Notes under the pieces: model-generated
Seen by the model: the letters and a program-made list of their open reading frames with translations, nothing else
Told to the model about the DNA's origin: nothing
Database searches by the model: none
Part shown: positions 1 to 12,220 of the stretch, piece after piece
Layout: every line of letters begins with the position of its first letter
Numbering within the stretch: the first letter of the stretch is position 1
Position numbers and translations under genes: made by a program
Source: Vicugna vicugna
Taxonomy: Eukaryota
Direction: 5' to 3'
Assembly (NCBI GenBank): GCA_013265495.1
Contig: MU058065.1
Location: 5,244,976-5,308,975 of the forward strand
DNA length: 64,000 bases

Positions 1-1494
1 AACACTGAGTTCTCTGAAATTATACAACCTGACTCAATAATTCAGAAGGTATCAGACTAGTAAATGCACATTGACAAATTTTAAGTAGAGTGACTGCTTC
101 TCCCGGAGAATGCATGGGCTAGCCCAACCTACGGTTTTCACCTGTCCCACTCGTATAGATATAGTTTTTCATTTTAAAACTATGCAAAGATTTTGAATGC
201 AGCATTTTCCACTTCCTCAAACTGCTGTTTCCTAGCAAGAAAAGAAAATTATTTTTCCAAATAAGCATCTTCTACCAAGCAGAGTTAATTTTGATTCTGT
301 GCTGCACTCCGAGAAGGTGCTATTTCTAAAGTACAGCATCTTAATAACAACAGGGCCTTGTAGTTGAGCCACGCGTTTCTACCCACAGACTACTTTCATA
401 TGTATCACCTCATTTTTATTGCAATTCACACAATAACTCCATGAAGCTGGTCCTGTCATCTCCTTCATTATAAAAATGCTTAATGCACGAGCTGGAAACT
501 GTAAGGAACATGTTCAGGGCTTCAGAGCTAATGACAGCAAAGCTGATGTCCTGTCCTCGTCTCTCTGACTTGGAGTCCAGCTGTCTTTCCTCTCCCGAGT
601 AAATGTTATGATGAAACTGTGCTTCTGGCGTCAAGGGTGATAAGTGGGGGACCTCAGGCTTCAAATCACCTTGAAGGGCTCTCTCCTCTGCATTCCTTCC
701 CACTAGCTATCAAAACTGGCCATGTAACCAAGAAATGAGCCAGCACACAACACGGCAGGACCTTGAACCACCTGAAAGATGATGATAGTGTTTGCGGAGG
801 TGGACTTAAGAGATACTCCCGCCTCCTCACCCCCTGAGTCCTCCCAGGCATGATTCACATTTCCAAGGCCACATTACAAGCCCAAGGTCAGAACTGGAGG
901 CTTCTGCAGAGAAGGCAGCTCCTCTTTCCAAAGCATAGTTATAAATCTGTAGAAGCCAGAGATCAGGGGCAAAAGCAAAGATTTTGATCACTAATTATCA
1001 AATGATTGTGGCTGACTCGCTCCCCACCTTCCTAGAGAAATATGTATTTTCCCTGCTCTTTACCCAGTATCTCAAAAGTTATAATCTGCATGACCTGATG
1101 GTAATTACCATTCGTGCATATATCTCTCAAAATACGGGACACAGAAATAAGAGACACGAGCAAGAACATAAAGAAGCAACTGTTGACAGCTGCACATGAA
1201 AAGAAAAGAAATAAAAAGGAATTGAGGGAAAGAAAAGTCATGTCCTAAAAGATTGAGGGGATGACAGAAGAATATCAGGGTGTCAGCCCAGATGACAAGT
1301 TACTTGTGTCTAAGGTTGAGGTGTAAATGCAACTTCCTGCCTCACTGTCTGCTTCAGAGCTGCCTGGAATTCTCTGCAAGCAGGCTAAACCCCAGAGTCA
1401 TTCTATTTGCCCTGGCTCTCCCAAGTATCCAGGACTTTATGGCACTCCACGGGCAAGTAAAGCAGTGATCGGTGCTTAATATCGAGTGTTACCT

Positions 1495-2010
1495 GTTAGT
1501 CTGAACCTGTCTGGTTGCAAGTGACAGAAACTAACTTCAAGCCATATGGAATGTAATGAGCACACAAAGCAAGGGGAGACCAGAGGAGGAGCTGGCTTCA
1601 AGGAATGACAGACTATGGGTACTTAACTCATTTTCATTAGCTCACTCTCACATCGTCCTCTCTGTCCACCTGTCTCTCTGTCTCTCTCCCATCCCACCCC
1701 TTCTTCTCATCGTGATTGCCCTCATTCTTTCCTTACAGTACATCTTCTCCCTGAGTGAAGAGGGGCCCAGAGAGTGCTGGGGAAGGTAGTTAGACAACTC
1801 CAGGCTTATATCATCTCAACTAGCAACCTGAGAGGGGGCAAAGAGTGTGTTGGTGGAGAAAATCCTATGCAAAAATTCTCACTCACTTGATTGAGTCTCA
1901 AACGCAATCCCTGGACCAATTACCATAACCAAGGGGGTGGCGTGCTGTGATTAATCAGATCTAGGTCACATGACCACCTCTATGCACTGGTGTCAGTGCA
2001 GTGGTCTCCC
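1495..2010 (-). mobile_element. Old MaLR LTR fragment (MLT1J/K/L-like)
   Basis: Starts with 'ggttgcaagtgacagaaactaacttcaa', the typical reverse-complement 3' end of old MLT1 LTRs; later 'gattaatcagatctaggtcacatgaccacc' also resembles MLT1. Subfamily and right boundary uncertain. Confidence 0.6.
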
Positions 2011-3704
2011 CAGGCAGAATCAAATAAAACGGTGTAAGGGAAACTCCCTCGTGCCCTCCCATTAAAAGAGGAAATAATGACACCAGAATTAGGGTTGGAT
2101 GAAGGAGTTCGGAAACATTAAGTATCCTCTACAAGACACAATTAAAACATGGGTCATCCAGATTTTCCAGTTCATGCTTGCCGATGGAAAATCAAGGATT
2201 GAAAAACTCCTGTGGCTTGAGCCTCCACCGGATTCTACATGATCCATTTTTCTCACTGCCCATTAAAGGAAATCCAAGATATTGTCTAATTAGGCTTCTG
2301 CTGAGAACTGAGAGTTAGCAAATTTTGCTAAATCCGTAGAAAACAGATTAGTCTTTCGTCTGCAACTCTAACAAACATCGTAAGTGGATGCACAAGGAAA
2401 GGTAAACCCTGAATCTACCGCTTATGATGCGTCTCTTTGTTTAGATAATGCAAATGAGCCCTGATAACCAAGAAAGTGTTCTCATTCCCCCAGCGCAGTA
2501 CAAACCGAGCCTGAGGTAAAGCCAGGGGTCGGGGGGAGCAGAGAGCAAGGGGGAGAGCAGTTGCTTTCTCTGATCACATTCTTCGTAAGCTGCTCTTTGA
2601 AGCAATTTTAAAGGTAATGAATGAGTTGTAAGACTACAATAAAAATAAAGTCAAAGAGTTAAAGCAAGACCCTAAGACACAGAAAGAAAGTACTCAAAGG
2701 ATGACATCAAGCTTGTACCCTGGTTCTCCAGGGAACTCACAGCTCAGGGCTCCTGTCCCAGGCCTCACCCGCTGCCTCTCTAAGAAGCTGTTTATTTCCT
2801 CTGAACCGAGCCTAATCTGGTGCCAGAAAAGTGAAATGGAGCATTAAGACCATTATCTGGATATGGGAGGAGGAACACACACAGGAAAGAAAATCGAGGA
2901 AAAGTTCAGTTCATGTGAATTCATTGAGATGAGCATTTATTTTTTGTTTAAATTGACCTTGTAATTGTTTCTAGTTTTTTCCCCCATGAGGTATGCAGAG
3001 ACATCACCTCCAGGGCCAGTCCATTTACAGCAAGAAAGAACTCAGCGCAGCTCAGACGCCCTGTATCATTCACCCATGCAGGTCATACCATTGATTCTCT
3101 TGCAGACACAGCCATATGGATTGATTTAGCAGCATTTCACTGGCTGCCTAGAGACACGGCTTGAGTCATCCTGTATAAATTACTTAACTCTCCACCACAA
3201 AGAGGGAAAAAAATGTTTTCTTGCACAGCAGTAGCAATTAATGTTCAACATGTTTATGGACTTTAATAATATACGGCCCAGCACCGATCTCCCTATGCAA
3301 TACCATCATCATGAGAGAGGGACTTCGGTGGTGTCATCAGCCTACCAGACACAGATGATTGATCCATCAATAACTGAGCCTGGCCTTATTACAGCAAACA
3401 AATTAGACACCATGGAATATATTGCCATATAGACAGGACTTCTTTCTCTTCAAATATATGTCATAATTGATAGTGGTGACCTTTTGGCAACACTGGAAAA
3501 TAGTTTGCAATTAGCAGGCTCTCTCTTCTTTGAGTGCCGGCACACACAAGTGGTCATTCAAGGCTTGGTCCAGCTCAGCGGAGTGCAGCAAGGTCTAGAC
3601 AGCACTTTCCCAGGAAAGCACGTGCCAGGAGGGTCAATCTCTCCATCTTTCTCATATTTCATATATTTCATTCCAGAGTGATGCAAAAACGAATGTGGTG
3701 AGTT

Positions 3705-3790
3705 GCCAACAAATATTTATTGAGCCACTTCAGTGTGCCAGGCACTGTTCCAGGCACCGAGGATAACAGAGCAAAGAATGAAACAGAAGG
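3705..3790 (-). mobile_element. L2 LINE 3' end fragment
   Basis: 'caacaaatatttattgag...tgtgccaggcactgttccaggcac' is the reverse complement of the L2 3' terminus. Confidence 0.75.
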
Positions 3791-4476
3791 ACCACCCCAG
3801 CACCACGCCTCACCGCTGGGGGTAGAGAATGATAATAAGCGTGCCAGCAAATCAATACATCCTTTTAAAGTTCTGATGTGGAGCATGCTGAAGACAAAAT
3901 AGAGTGCTCTTGAATTGATGTATTTTTAAATGGCAAACAGAGATTTTTAACAATAGGAGATATTTTATGTATTCAGCATCCACACGACTGAAGAAGCACC
4001 AACGTAAGCAAGACTCAGCTTACTTTTACACTTTCTCTTCCCCAATTTGAAAAGCATAGCACCAGTTCTCAAGAGGGGTGAGTATCATTTGTAATTTGAT
4101 TATTTAAAGATTTAACTCTTTAATATAATGATTGTAGAGTTCCATAATAGCCCAGATTAACGAAAACAAGGTGGATTTCCTGATGCAAAACATAAAAATA
4201 AAAAACCAGGGATCGCTCTATATACTTTTTAAAAACTACTTGTAATGTGAAATGAATAGTGCAAAGACATATCAGAATCACCGGGACTAACATACTGTAT
4301 CTGTGTAGGTTGAACTATTCATGGAAAGTAAGGTCTGCACACATCTTGTCCTCTTGAAACTTTTTGTCTCCATAGTACAGTAGAGACGATGCCTATACAG
4401 ACAAGTTGAAATTCATAATGAAGGTGACTGTCCATAAAAAATAACCCTTTAAGCTGAAATACATATATAGTTGAAG

Positions 4477-4952
4477 TGAGGTGGGAAGCCCCATGAAAAA
4501 GATGGCAGGACCCCCAGGCAGGGCCACTACTCTCCTGCCAGCACCATCTGGTTCCCTGGCCTGGAGGCATTATCTCGCTTTTTGCCTCTGAAAAGGCTTA
4601 CTTTTAGGAAAGTGGAACTTACCCCTAAGATTCTATTGGTTCCCTGCACTAACTCCTGATTGGTCCATTTCCCTCACTCCTGATTGGTCCATTTCTACAA
4701 AGCTTGTTTCTAATTAGTCACCTTTGTTATATCTTATTTGCATATGATCTTGCAAAATGTTGCAAAGTGTAGACTCGCAGCCTATAAAAGCCTATGCATA
4801 CCTATAGACGGAGTCCAGAGCTTGGAGTGTTAACTCCTCTGGGCCCGCTGGCATAATAAACCTGAGTTCTCCAACCCTCCGAGTGCTGCTTGGTCTCTCG
4901 CCTGGATCCAGGCTGATGTCACAGCTGAGCTGTAACACACTTTGCTGCAACA
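4477..4952 (+). mobile_element. Solo LTR of an ERV1-class (gamma-like) endogenous retrovirus, intact and probably lineage-specific
   Basis: TG...CA termini; identical 4-bp TSD GAAG at 4473-4476 and 4953-4956; TATAAAA at 4783-4789; AATAAA at 4855-4860; 476 bp. A 4-bp TSD is typical of class I ERVs. Confidence 0.85.
4635..4789 (+). promoter_or_regulatory. LTR U3 promoter/enhancer module: 3 inverted CCAAT boxes, SOX motif, octamer, TATA
   Basis: ATTGG at 4635, 4659 and 4683; CTTTGTT at 4722-4728; ATTTGCAT at 4736-4743; TATAAAA at 4783. Motifs seen directly; activity untested. Confidence 0.6.
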
Positions 4953-5439
4953 GAAGCAAAAGTCCTTCTCACATGGATTCTCTGAAATCCTCCAATTTTC
5001 CACTCTAATTTTAGAATCAGCTTGCTTCATTTATATCGGAAGTCAGAATATTCTAACCATGCCTGTGGTTCTCCATCCCTTTGTGGCAGGAAACTGGGAC
5101 AGTTGGGTTGGTGATGAAATGTGTCTCTATCACAGGTGATTTACCTGCACTGATTTACTCTTTTCCATCTTCCATAACAATAGCACTCTCACTGCTGTGA
5201 ATCCCAATGTCCTTCTCGAGTCACAGGAAAGGAGAAAATGTATGCACTGGCAATGGCTAATAACCCTGGGCACATCCGTGACACTCACGTGGGGATGTGA
5301 TTTGCAAGTCACCATCATCTTGTATGTGTGTCACAGCCAAAAAACAGTCATAGACATCTGCACCAAGTAGATACCGAGCGAAGGAATAAATGATTACACA
5401 CATGGGACTTCAGGTAGTTTTTCTTTCTACTTCTTTCCA

Positions 5440-5905
5440 GAGTGAGCTGCTCCCACAGGCCTGCTCACCCTCAGACCCTGTCCTCACTCTTCCCTATTCT
5501 GTTCTGTATCACCGGGAGGCTGCCCATGGGTCACATTACTGGGCTGACTCCCAGCTGGATGCAGCCAATGAGAGTAAGTGGCAAGAACAAAGGGCAGAGG
5601 GCAGGGAGAAACCACGGCATTCCTCTCCCTGTCTCTGCTTTGGCATCATCTTTGGCACTAGGTTTCCAGCTCTCTCTAGGTAGACCCTCCTTGGTTCCAG
5701 TTTCTACCTGGTGACCCCAATCCTATAATCCTGGCAACTCCACCTATTCCTAGGGGGCTGTTGGTACTCTGATTTGCCTCACTGTTCTCTGTTCAACTTG
5801 TCAGCTTTTTTGTCGTCTGTGCAATAAATTCCTTGTATTAGAATTCTTCTGTTTTCAATAATCAGAGTAGTTTCTGCTGCATTTGGTTGTACGCTAACCA
5901 ATACA
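5440..5905 (+). mobile_element. Old ERVL-class LTR (LTR33/LTR16-like)
   Basis: CCAAT-containing core 'cagccaatgagag', then 'aataaattccttgtatta...gtagtttctg...accaataca', resembling the 3' end of LTR33-type LTRs. Confidence 0.5.
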
Positions 5906-6694
5906 GAGAGTTTGCAAGAAGAATTCAGTTTATACTGAGGACCTCCTGGACCAAGTATCATGTTACACACCAGGGAGACTCTGATGCTGTGGAAGACACA
6001 TCTGCCTCCGAGGAGGCCTGTTATACGCATAGAACATTTCACAATTATGTGGCAAGGATTACAGCAGGGCTGAGGCACTGGGGCTCTAGAAACACTGAGT
6101 CTAGTTTCTTAGCTGGATCTGGGGCTTGGGGAAGGCTTCCTAGAGGAGATGATGGGTGAGCTGAACCTTGAGAGATGAGAGTTAGCCAGGTGAAAGACGC
6201 GGAAGGAGCTTTCAGACAGAGGGAATAGCACAAGTAACCAAAGCATTACAAAGCATTACACTGAATGCCCTGTGTGTCTGGGGTTGGTGTCAGGGTGGGG
6301 GAAGATGGGGCAGGTACCGACTGGAAGTAAGATGGTATCACTAGACTTTAGGTCTGAGGCCAGAGGATAGGAAAGGCAGACATAAGCAGCCAAGAGGCCT
6401 GAAGTCCCTTCAATGTACAATTAGGAGTAATTGATGATTTGTAAGTCATGGAACAGTATGGTCACATTTACAATTTACAATTTAGATGGACCACTTGGGC
6501 CATATTTTTGTTGTAAATGTAGCTCCCCAAAAGATAAGCCAGGGGAAAGAAAAAGAAAACATTACTTGAGACACATGGTACTAGTAATTCAACTCAACCT
6601 ACCAACATTAAGTCTCTGGGTGGCAGCCTCGTGCTGGGAGCAAGAAGGGTATGAACATGCGAGGACACATTGTAAAGATCTCTCATATTTGTGT

Positions 6695-6960
6695 GGCTCT
6701 TCAAAGTTTACAGAGTCATTTTAAACATACCTCATGATTCTCATAAAAATGCCATAAGTTAGGTATTAGAATTCCCATTTTTCAGATGAGAAAATTGAGC
6801 CTTAGAAGGCAACAGAATATTCCGACTTTCAGGATAAATGAAGCAAGCTGATTCTAAAATTAGAGCGTAAAATTGAAGGAAGATTCCAAGGCCACATAAT
6901 GAGCAAGAATTGAACCCAGCAGTTTCCCGACTGCTGAACTCAATAACTTTCTACTCTGCA
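6695..6960 (-). mobile_element. MIR SINE
   Basis: Core 'cccatttttcagatgagaaaattgagcc' and 'gaattgaacccagcag'. Confidence 0.7.
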
Positions 6961-8054
6961 TTATGTGATAGGTAAATTGATTTATCAGAAATTTGAGGTT
7001 TCAGTGGCTAGAGAAACAATGTGGGGACTCCCATATACACATGCATTGGATCATTTCATAACTAATGCATACCCTATAACAGGCATGAGCTTGTTGGTTT
7101 GGGTTTGTTTTTTTTTTTTATCTACTCAAGGCAGATTCCATTTCCTTAGGAAGTTGAAAATAATCATAGGTTATTGACTCAACTTCTCTGGATTGGGATT
7201 GGCAGAAGACAATAGGTTGTAGGCAGTAGAATTTCAAGCAAGATTTGAATTCACTTTCAATCCTTCCCCCAACATTAAGAGGGGTGAGAAGATAGAAGAT
7301 ATTGCCCTGAAGAAAGTAATCATACCAGTTGTTGATAAAGAATATACATGGAGTCTAGAGGATAGCAGAAAACCATTACTTTTCCTATTAAGTGACCTTT
7401 CAGTCCATCCACCAGAGGACTATTGGTCCAGATCATGAAATCTCGGTCCTGTCTCCACCATGGGAGGGTGATAACGGATTCTTCACCACTAGCAGCAGCT
7501 CTGCCTTTCAGAGAAGACTGAGGTCTTTTTAGTTTTCCAGATCATTAAATCTTCTTGCTAATACTGATCCCTCCTCATGACAAATACTAGTCACGCATTG
7601 TGATGCTAGTTCTCCGTTCTCAGCAGGGGTTAAAAGAGAAAGGAACAATTGGGTTGAAAGGAGATAGAAAACCCAAACCCTCCACAACTACAGTTCCCTT
7701 TAGAAAACCTGCCTCTCAATTCACTCCTTCCTCTTTCAAGAATAGCCACTCCCAAACCAGGAACAAAGATCTTCGCACACTCAGCACCTCCTGAGGTTGG
7801 AGCCAGTGATTTACAGACGTATTTCCACCCCAACAACTCCCATCAGTATCAGTGATTCATTCAAGCAGCCACGATTCTGCCCACATTTGAGAATCACTTT
7901 TTGACTATAATGTGCACACATTCAGGCTCCACATCTTTGTCATAAATAAACTCCCTATCATCACAGAAGAAGCGGAAGCCAGACAATTGTGAACAGTATC
8001 TCTTGCTTTTGGACCACATAAGTCATGAGGATGCTTGTGCAATAATAGTCCAAT

Positions 8055-8160
8055 CCCCTGTAAGCTCTGTAAGTACAGGGATCTTTTCTATTTTGTCTGC
8101 TATTGTAATCCCAGAATCCAGTGCATCCGCTGGCACAGAAGAGACACTCAATAAATAATA
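8055..8160 (+). mobile_element. L2 3' end
   Basis: 'ctgtaagctctgtaagtacaggga...ctggcacagaagagacactcaataaata'. Confidence 0.7.
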
Positions 8161-8420
8161 ATAGCTAATATTTATCGAATGTGTACTCTGTGCCAAGGCA
8201 CTGTTCTAAGAGTTTGACACACACACAAAGTCACTTAATCCTCAAAGCAAGCTTATGAGTTAGGTAGGATTGTCTGCGTTATAATACATAGAACCTATAA
8301 TACAGAACAGTTACTTAATTTGCTTATGACATGAACATCGTTAAGTAAAGACCTTGAGATTTAAACCCAGGCAGTCTGGTCAAAGAGCTAGCGCTCATGA
8401 CCGTGACTCGACACTGGCTT
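8157..8420 (-). mobile_element. MIR SINE
   Basis: 'aataatagctaatatttatcgaatg...ggcactgttctaag...ttaatcctca...gatttaaacccaggcagtctgg', near full length. Confidence 0.75.
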
Positions 8421-9682
8421 CCATTGATTTAGTGACTGAGCATCCAGGTCTCTAAGAGGAGATTGTGCTTTCTTTCTCCCTTCTAGCCTGCCCTTAACAT
8501 GAGTCAAATACTGCATTCCATCCAGGTGTCAGCCCATCTTCAAAGGAATTTTACTCTCATGCTTCGCCAGTGGTTCTCTACCCTGGGAGTAAAAAGACTT
8601 CAGTAGCCCAGGCAACTTCACTTTCTCTTGCATAAACCTGCAGTCTGCAAGTCCCTTGACTATACACAGTGCTCAGAAGTTTTCAGAAATAAAACAAGGA
8701 TGCTGGGTGGCAATTTGTCACTTTTAGCAAAGCCAGCATCTTCTTTCAAGGTGGCCATGCATTTCACAAGTCTCTGGGTGATAATGTTTGAGCTGGATTT
8801 TGATTTTTTTTTAAAAATCATGTTGGATATAAAATCCCATCCTCCCCTCTTCAAATATCCATTCTTATTTCTCATCAGGAAAACCAGTGAGGGAGGGAAA
8901 TAAATGTTCTCAGCTTAGGCTGAATTTACACTTAAAGTTTCATATCTCAGTAGTGCTGTGGTCTTTAAATGAGCGTCTCTCTTCTATAATGGTTACCCAG
9001 GTGATTTTAGTCTCTCCAGAACATTCACCTTCTGATCCAGTTTTAAAAGAGATGATACCACTAAAAAGCTGCTTTAAACTTGAAAGCAGACCCCCAACAC
9101 TCAGAGGAAATGCTTATGAGGAAGAAAGATGATTTTGACCTATATAGGAACATCTTGGGCTCAAATGGTTATTACTCTTCAAGAGCCCTGCAAATAGCCA
9201 ACTTTTCCAGAATTGGAGAGAAGATTCAAGAGACAGCCTTACTGAATCCTGGACACTTCCCTTTTTCCCTCTGGCAAAGTAAATATTACATCAGTTATCA
9301 AGCATATAACTGTTGACTGGTCCCATACGTTCCCCACGCCATGAGCCAGCCGGCTAGACCCCAAATAACCCAACTGGATATGTCCATAGACTACTCAGCT
9401 GTAGAAAGATGTACAGAACAGGACAGGACCATGCAAGGAAAACCACACCTGCTCCACCTTTAAGAGTTCCATTTCCTCCACCATTCCTAGCCATGGCCCC
9501 AGCAAATCTTGACAGCTCTACTACCAAAACACAGAGGTCCCAAACCTACTCACTTCTTTCCATCGCCATTGTGGCCCTCCAATCCAAGCCATTGTCACCT
9601 CTCTCCTGGACTATTTTAGAAAGGTCTAACTGTGGTTTCTCTGGTTCTATTCTTTTTCTCTTTAACACCTCTGTCAAGACTT

Positions 9683-11140
9683 AGTTTACGTTCCATGAAA
9701 TTCACCCATTTAAAGTGTAAAACTTGGTGGTCTTTAGAAAACGTACAGAGGTCTGCAACCATCACCACAATATAATTGCAGAACGTTTTCATCACCTTAA
9801 AAAGAAACCTATGCTCATTAGAAGTCACTTCCCTATTTTATTCCCACCTTCCCAGTCCCAAGTAACCCCCAATTTACCTTCAGCCTTTGCCAACATGTAG
9901 AATCCTACAATATGTGTTATTTTATGACTGGATTCTTAAACACAGCACGATGTTTTTGAGGTTCATCCAAGTTGCAGTTGACGCCAGAATTTCATTCCTT
10001 CCTATCATCCAATGGTATTTGATTATATGTATGTACCACATATTCTTTATCAGTTCAAAAGGTGATGGACATTTGGGTTATTTCCACTTTTTGGCTATTA
10101 TGAACAATGCTGCTTTAAACATCTGAATACAAGATTTTGTGTAAACATTTGCTTTCGTTTCTCTTGGGTAGATACCTCCAAGTAGAAATGCTAGATCACA
10201 TGGCAATGCTGTGTTTAACATTTTGAAAAACTGCCAACTTTTTCCAAATCGGCTGCACCATTTTGCTTTCCCAAATGGCAATGTACAAAGGGTTCCAGTT
10301 TCTCCACATTCTCACTGACATGTGCTATTCTCTGTCATTTTGATTAGAGCTATCCTAGTGTGAAGTGGTACCTTATTGTGATTTTTGATGTACATTTTCC
10401 TCATGGCCAGTGATGTGGAGCATCTTTTCATGTGCTTATTGGTCATTTATTTACCTTCTTTGGAGAAACAGCTACTCAAATCCTTTGGTCATTTTTTAAT
10501 CAAGTTGTTTGTCTTTTTGATATTGAGTTGTTAAGAGTTCTTCCTATATACAGATGCTCATCCCTTATCAGGTAGGTGATTTGCAAATATCTCCTTTCAT
10601 TCTGCAGGTTGCCTTTTCACTTTCTTAATGGCATCATTTGTAGCATAAGTATTTTTAATTTTGATGAAATCTGGTTTATCTATTTTTTTTTCCTTTTGTC
10701 ATTTGTGCTTTTGGTGTCATATCTAAGAAATCACTACCTCATTAGAAGTCACAAAGATTTATTTACTCCTATGCGTCCTTCTAACAGTTTTAAAGTTTTA
10801 TCTCTTCTGTTTAGGTCTATGATCCACCTTCAGTTAGTTTTTGTGCACAGTGTGAGGAAGGGATCCACCTTCTTTTTTTGTTTGTTTGTTTTCAACATAT
10901 GGCTGTGCAGTGGTCCCAGCAATGTTTGTTAAAATGGTCGTTCTTTCACCATTGGATTATTTTGGCACCCTTGTTGAAAAATCAGTTGTCAACAAACATA
11001 AGGGTTTATTTCTAGACTGTAAATTCTTCATTAATCTCTATGTTTAGTCTTGTTCCAGAACCACGCTGTCTTCCCTATTGTAGCCTTGTGGTAAGTTTTG
11101 AAGTTACAAATGCGAATCTTCCAACTTTGTTTTTCTGTTT
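9683..11140 (-). mobile_element. L1M (L1MB-like) LINE, 3' UTR plus degenerate ORF2 C-terminal region
   Basis: Reverse-complement L1MB-type 3' end ('aaattcacccatttaaagtgta...caaccatcaccaca'). Minus ORF 10078-10281 encodes 'GIYPRETKANVYTKSCIQMFKAALFIIAKKWK', a recognisable L1 ORF2 C-terminal motif. Confidence 0.9.
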
Positions 11141-11182
11141 TGTACATCTAATTCTGCTACACCATAGGAATGGTTACATCCA

Positions 11183-11335
11183 CCCTAGAACTTGTTATTT
11201 AATGTATTAGTAAAACACATGTATTTTTATATAACAACTTTGAGATATATTTGATAATTGTATTCTAGTATTTTTATCTTTTATAATTCCACTGATGCCT
11301 AGAATTTTATGGGAATTTTTGCATTTAAAAATACC
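11183..11335 (-). mobile_element. hAT-Charlie non-autonomous element fragment (MER119-like)
   Basis: 'ctagaacttgttatttaatgtatta...tttgataattgtatt...tgcatttaaaaa' is a diverged reverse complement of the left half of the element at 11670-12110. Confidence 0.55.
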
Positions 11336-11374
11336 TTTCCTCAAAAACAAAAACAAAAACCTTTCTACTCCACA

Positions 11375-11660
11375 GCCTTAATCATATTACTCCCTGCTGA
11401 AACCCTCCAATTGCTTCCATTCACACAGAGTAAAATCCACACCCCTGCCCTGACCCAGTTACTTCACTAACTCCATCTACGTCCACTTTTCCCACACCCT
11501 CTGCTTCTAATCTCTAGGGCTTCTTTCTGTTTTTAAAAATTCCCAGGTCCTTTCCCCTCAAGGGCCTTTGCTTCAGCTCCTCCCTCAGCCTGGAATCTTC
11601 TTCCTTCTGATCTTTGAAGGGTGAGTCTGCTTATCAGCCAGGTCTCAGCTCCAGTCCAGA
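11375..11660 (+). mobile_element. L2 fragment
   Basis: 'tactcccctgctgaaaccctccaattgcttcc...agggcctttgcttcagctcctccctcagcctggaatcttcttcc' is typical L2 3' body sequence. Confidence 0.7.
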
Positions 11661-11669
11661 CTCCCTCAT

Positions 11670-12110
11670 GTGGTTTGTGACATCTATCCCTTTAGCCGTC
11701 TAGTAAAGTCTATGGACACCTTCTTAGAAGGATGTTTTTAAATATTTAAAATAAAATTACAAAGAAAACCAATAATAGAAAGCAGTTATGAAAACTAATA
11801 ACAAAGCAAACAAGTGATAGAATAATACATAAGTGACTTTTTCACTATATTAAGTAATAAGATCTAATTGCTGGTCTCACAACTATTATGATTTTGAAGT
11901 AGTAAGGGGCATGAAAGACATTTCAAGATACCCACAAACATGGTAGTATGATATGAAAACATCTGTGATTTCCACTGGTGACAAGTCACAGGCATTGTTA
12001 ATACTACGGTTGGTTGCCTATCATCATTATTAGATAAAATGCTATCTTTCTATTAGAGATTAGATTTTTTTTAACCATCAAGCTAAAAGGTACCCTGAAT
12101 TCTTTCCCAG
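11670..12110 (+). mobile_element. hAT-Charlie non-autonomous DNA transposon (MER119-like)
   Basis: 'aagtctatggacaccttcttagaaggatgtttttaaat...atctgtgatttccactggtgacaagtcacagg...accctgaattct' follows a remembered Charlie-derived consensus; exact name uncertain. Confidence 0.65.
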
Positions 12111-12114
12111 CTTA

Positions 12115-12220
12115 AAACTTCAGTAAGTATGGGGTGGAGCCAGGAATCTGCCTATTCAATAAGTTCCCAGTTGATTTTACCTCGTAGTACTATGGTCAAC
12201 ACTGAGAGAAACAGTGACTT
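12115..12220. mobile_element. MER5-type hAT-Charlie fragment
   Basis: 'cagtaagtatggggtggagccaggaatctgcctattcaataagttcccagttgatt'. Confidence 0.6.

Noticed and set aside
4304..4476. Alternative LTR start at 'tgtagg' near 4304
   Set aside because: No matching TSD; the 4477 start gives a perfect GAAG duplication.
10078..10932. ORFs at 10078-10281 and 10576-10932
   Set aside because: They lie within a degenerate L1; they are a fragmentary ORF2 and an antisense chance frame.
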